Origin: Candidatus Hydrogenedentota bacterium
GTDB lineage: Bacteria > Hydrogenedentota > Hydrogenedentia > Hydrogenedentales > SLHB01
Direction of reading: 5' to 3'
Length of the DNA: 32,295 nucleotides
Assembly: GCA_045863295.1 (NCBI GenBank)
Contig: BTWA01000050.1
Location: 1-32,295, forward strand
Part shown: positions 31,601 to 32,295 of the stretch, piece by piece
Numbering within the stretch: position 1 is the first letter of the stretch
Layout of the letters: each line of letters begins with the position of its first letter
Notes under the pieces: generated by a model
The model's database searches: none
What the model was told of the DNA's origin: nothing
What the model saw: the letters and a program-made list of their open reading frames with translations, nothing else
Position numbers and translations under genes: made by a program

Positions 31601-32295
31601 AATTAACTACTTGAGCAGAACCTCTACCCCTGGTGTTGATGGACTGGCAGCGCTAAGCAATATTGAATACGGAATCCGCACGTGGGCGAGCACGGGTACT
31701 CAGGACCTGACCATCTATCTCATCGGCCCAGGCACGCTGTCTGGTATGTGGTTAAGTTCCACGGAGTTTCTTTTGTGGAGCGAGTTGGACGCTTGGCTGG
31801 ACGAGTTGCAGGCTACGTTGCCGGGCAAGGCGACGGTGGTGTGTGACACGGACAGCGCGGGCACGATTCTCATAGCTCTGAAGCCACCCGCGGGTAAACA
31901 AAGAATTACTCTTGCTAGCTCTAAAGCGGGTAAGTTGGCCTCGTTTTATCACGGCGGCTCAGTCAGTTTTTCCAAATATCTGTGGGCGCAAGTAGCGAAT
32001 GGGGCAACCACGGCACAGGCTTTCGGATTTGCCTCGCAGGCCATCCGGTATGCCACGGGGCAAGAGGCCTCTTTTGACGACAACGGCGACGGGGTATACA
32101 GCACCAAGAGCGACGGCTTCCTGTCTTCCACCTACTACATCGGGAACGGATTGCTTCTGGCTGGTGACGAGCCGCTTATTGGTTCCATTACGGGCGCGCA
32201 GGTGTTGAACGGGACGTCGCAGGCGACGGTGGCGGTGGACCAAGTAACGACCACCGGCAGCATAGCCGAGGTGCTGGCCCTGGTGATTCCTCCCG
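28602..32295 (+). CDS. Large secreted NHL-repeat / C13 (legumain-caspase fold) peptidase multidomain protein, 3'-truncated by the window
   Basis: Not in the ORF track. Hand translation is open from ATG 28602 to the window end (1231 codons). Signal-like KKIAAYALILVSFTSFHSFA, then YRFERTWPTLQQPWYF, 12 NHL blades (RIQKFD..G..L..WG..G...GQF..P.GIAVD), KAVVVAGGG...YLVDHGG...VYDACESG, an Ig-like linker and a second degenerate module. Exact start uncertain. Confidence 0.9.
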   Translation, partial: MIETELDTKRDLESGLPKKIAAYALILVSFTSFHSFADPTYRFERTWPTLQQPWYFARASGVVVDDSGIVYILETNNSRIQKFDGNGILLSRWGSQGTADGMFQQPRGIALDRDGNILVSDTFNSRVQKFDPNGKFLGKWGKQGAGAGLFLLPKGIATGKEGAVFVVDSGNDRIQKFDSDGAFITMWGSTGASDGQFEFPDGIAVDSTGTIYVVDMGNSRIQKFDENGNFLGKWGTFGSGQGQFVIPAAITVGDTGVVCVSDHLRIQRFDPSGAFLSEFKDYVSDGYLWRISPEGLFLDKTSCLYAVQGGWVWKFVTEDRPQTRWEASGWRGGEFLNPYGITADDIGNVYVVDSGMGRIQKFDANGNFLLKWGTTGSGNGQFFLPEAAAFDSSNNLYVADTYSHRIQKFTQEGVFLGKWGSQGVGDGQFDRPTGIAVDASGNVYVADSNNDRIQKFTGDGLFIEKWGTTGSADGQLNNPTSVALDSVGHVFVSDTSNNRIQKFDEHGVYLGKWGSFGSSDGKFLYDFRITISDEDLLYAMDSQSGRVQIFDLSGTFIQKWGSYGSSTGQFSSAFGIAVAPNGDVYVADTFNHRVQKFAAIELEKDSKAVVVAGGGPYLGNNLWDSTQASANFAYRALSHQGFGKSSIYYLSSDTQLDLDENGVADDVDGEATLTNLQYALNVWAPSELNGVPTGDVVVYLVDHGGPGTLRMSGTETLDASVFASWCNTLQANIQGKLTVVYDACESGTFVSALSAPVFAGSRLVLTSTSPGEEAYFVTTGTISFSNYFWTQVFNGATVGEAFDIANAAMSQTFQFQHPLLDDNANGQGNDGGDGALAALTHIGNGTQQHWTGPVIGGVSPVQNLDGTATSTLWADPVTDADGVARVWAIVRSPNGQSASSGTPVTGMPSVDFSPVSGNRWEANYSGFTSEGTYTVLVYARDRIGNTSAPEATEVIVSNPLSRKVLIVAGGDPSSIIWPVYEKTAQWAYSGLISQGYGDETINYLSRTSTPGVDGLAALSNIEYGIRTWASTGTQDLTIYLIGPGTLSGMWLSSTEFLLWSELDAWLDELQATLPGKATVVCDTDSAGTILIALKPPAGKQRITLASSKAGKLASFYHGGSVSFSKYLWAQVANGATTAQAFGFASQAIRYATGQEASFDDNGDGVYSTKSDGFLSSTYYIGNGLLLAGDEPLIGSITGAQVLNGTSQATVAVDQVTTTGSIAEVLALVIPP
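28760..30392 (+). repeat. NHL repeat array (12 blades, probably two 6-bladed beta-propellers)
   Basis: Successive motifs RIQKF, RVQKF, RIQKF, RIQKF, RIQRF, WVWKF, RIQKF, RIQKF, RIQKF, RIQKF, RVQIF, RVQKF at about 47-aa spacing. Confidence 0.88.

Noticed and set aside
28690..32243. Numerous short ORFs listed in the track across the right end
   Set aside because: They are shadow ORFs of the single long plus-strand frame starting at 28602.

Overview
Gene-dense bacterial DNA, roughly 55-63% GC by eye and lower in 28.7-30.4 kb. I find 23 supportable CDS and no rRNA, tRNA, CRISPR array, transposase or integrase. Left part (0.3-9.1 kb): a membrane-anchored sulfatase-fold protein lacking its catalytic residues, a Gfo/Idh/MocA oxidoreductase, a small protein with a Lys/Ala histone-like tail, a SOUL heme-binding protein, two integral membrane proteins, and a redoxin / c-type heme / copper-monooxygenase-like fusion. 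Centre (13.3-22.5 kb): a corrinoid (B12) methyl-transfer cluster with five divergent URO-D/MtaA-superfamily proteins, a stand-alone corrinoid protein, an ASKHA [2Fe-2S] corrinoid activator and a stand-alone homocysteine S-methyltransferase domain. No pterin-binding (methyl-THF) methyltransferase is present in the window. The cluster sits among exported polymer-processing enzymes: three LpqC-like esterase lipoproteins, a Tat-exported GxGYxYP-type protein, a GH20/GH67-N-like protein and a Tat sulfatase. Right end: an ORF of >1230 codons missing from the ORF track (28602 to window end), with 12 NHL blades, an intact C13/caspase-fold protease module and a catalytically dead copy of that module. 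It is preceded by a structured ~450-bp intergenic region containing a long imperfect inverted repeat and alternative hairpins. All product calls come from motif recognition by eye; no database search was run.
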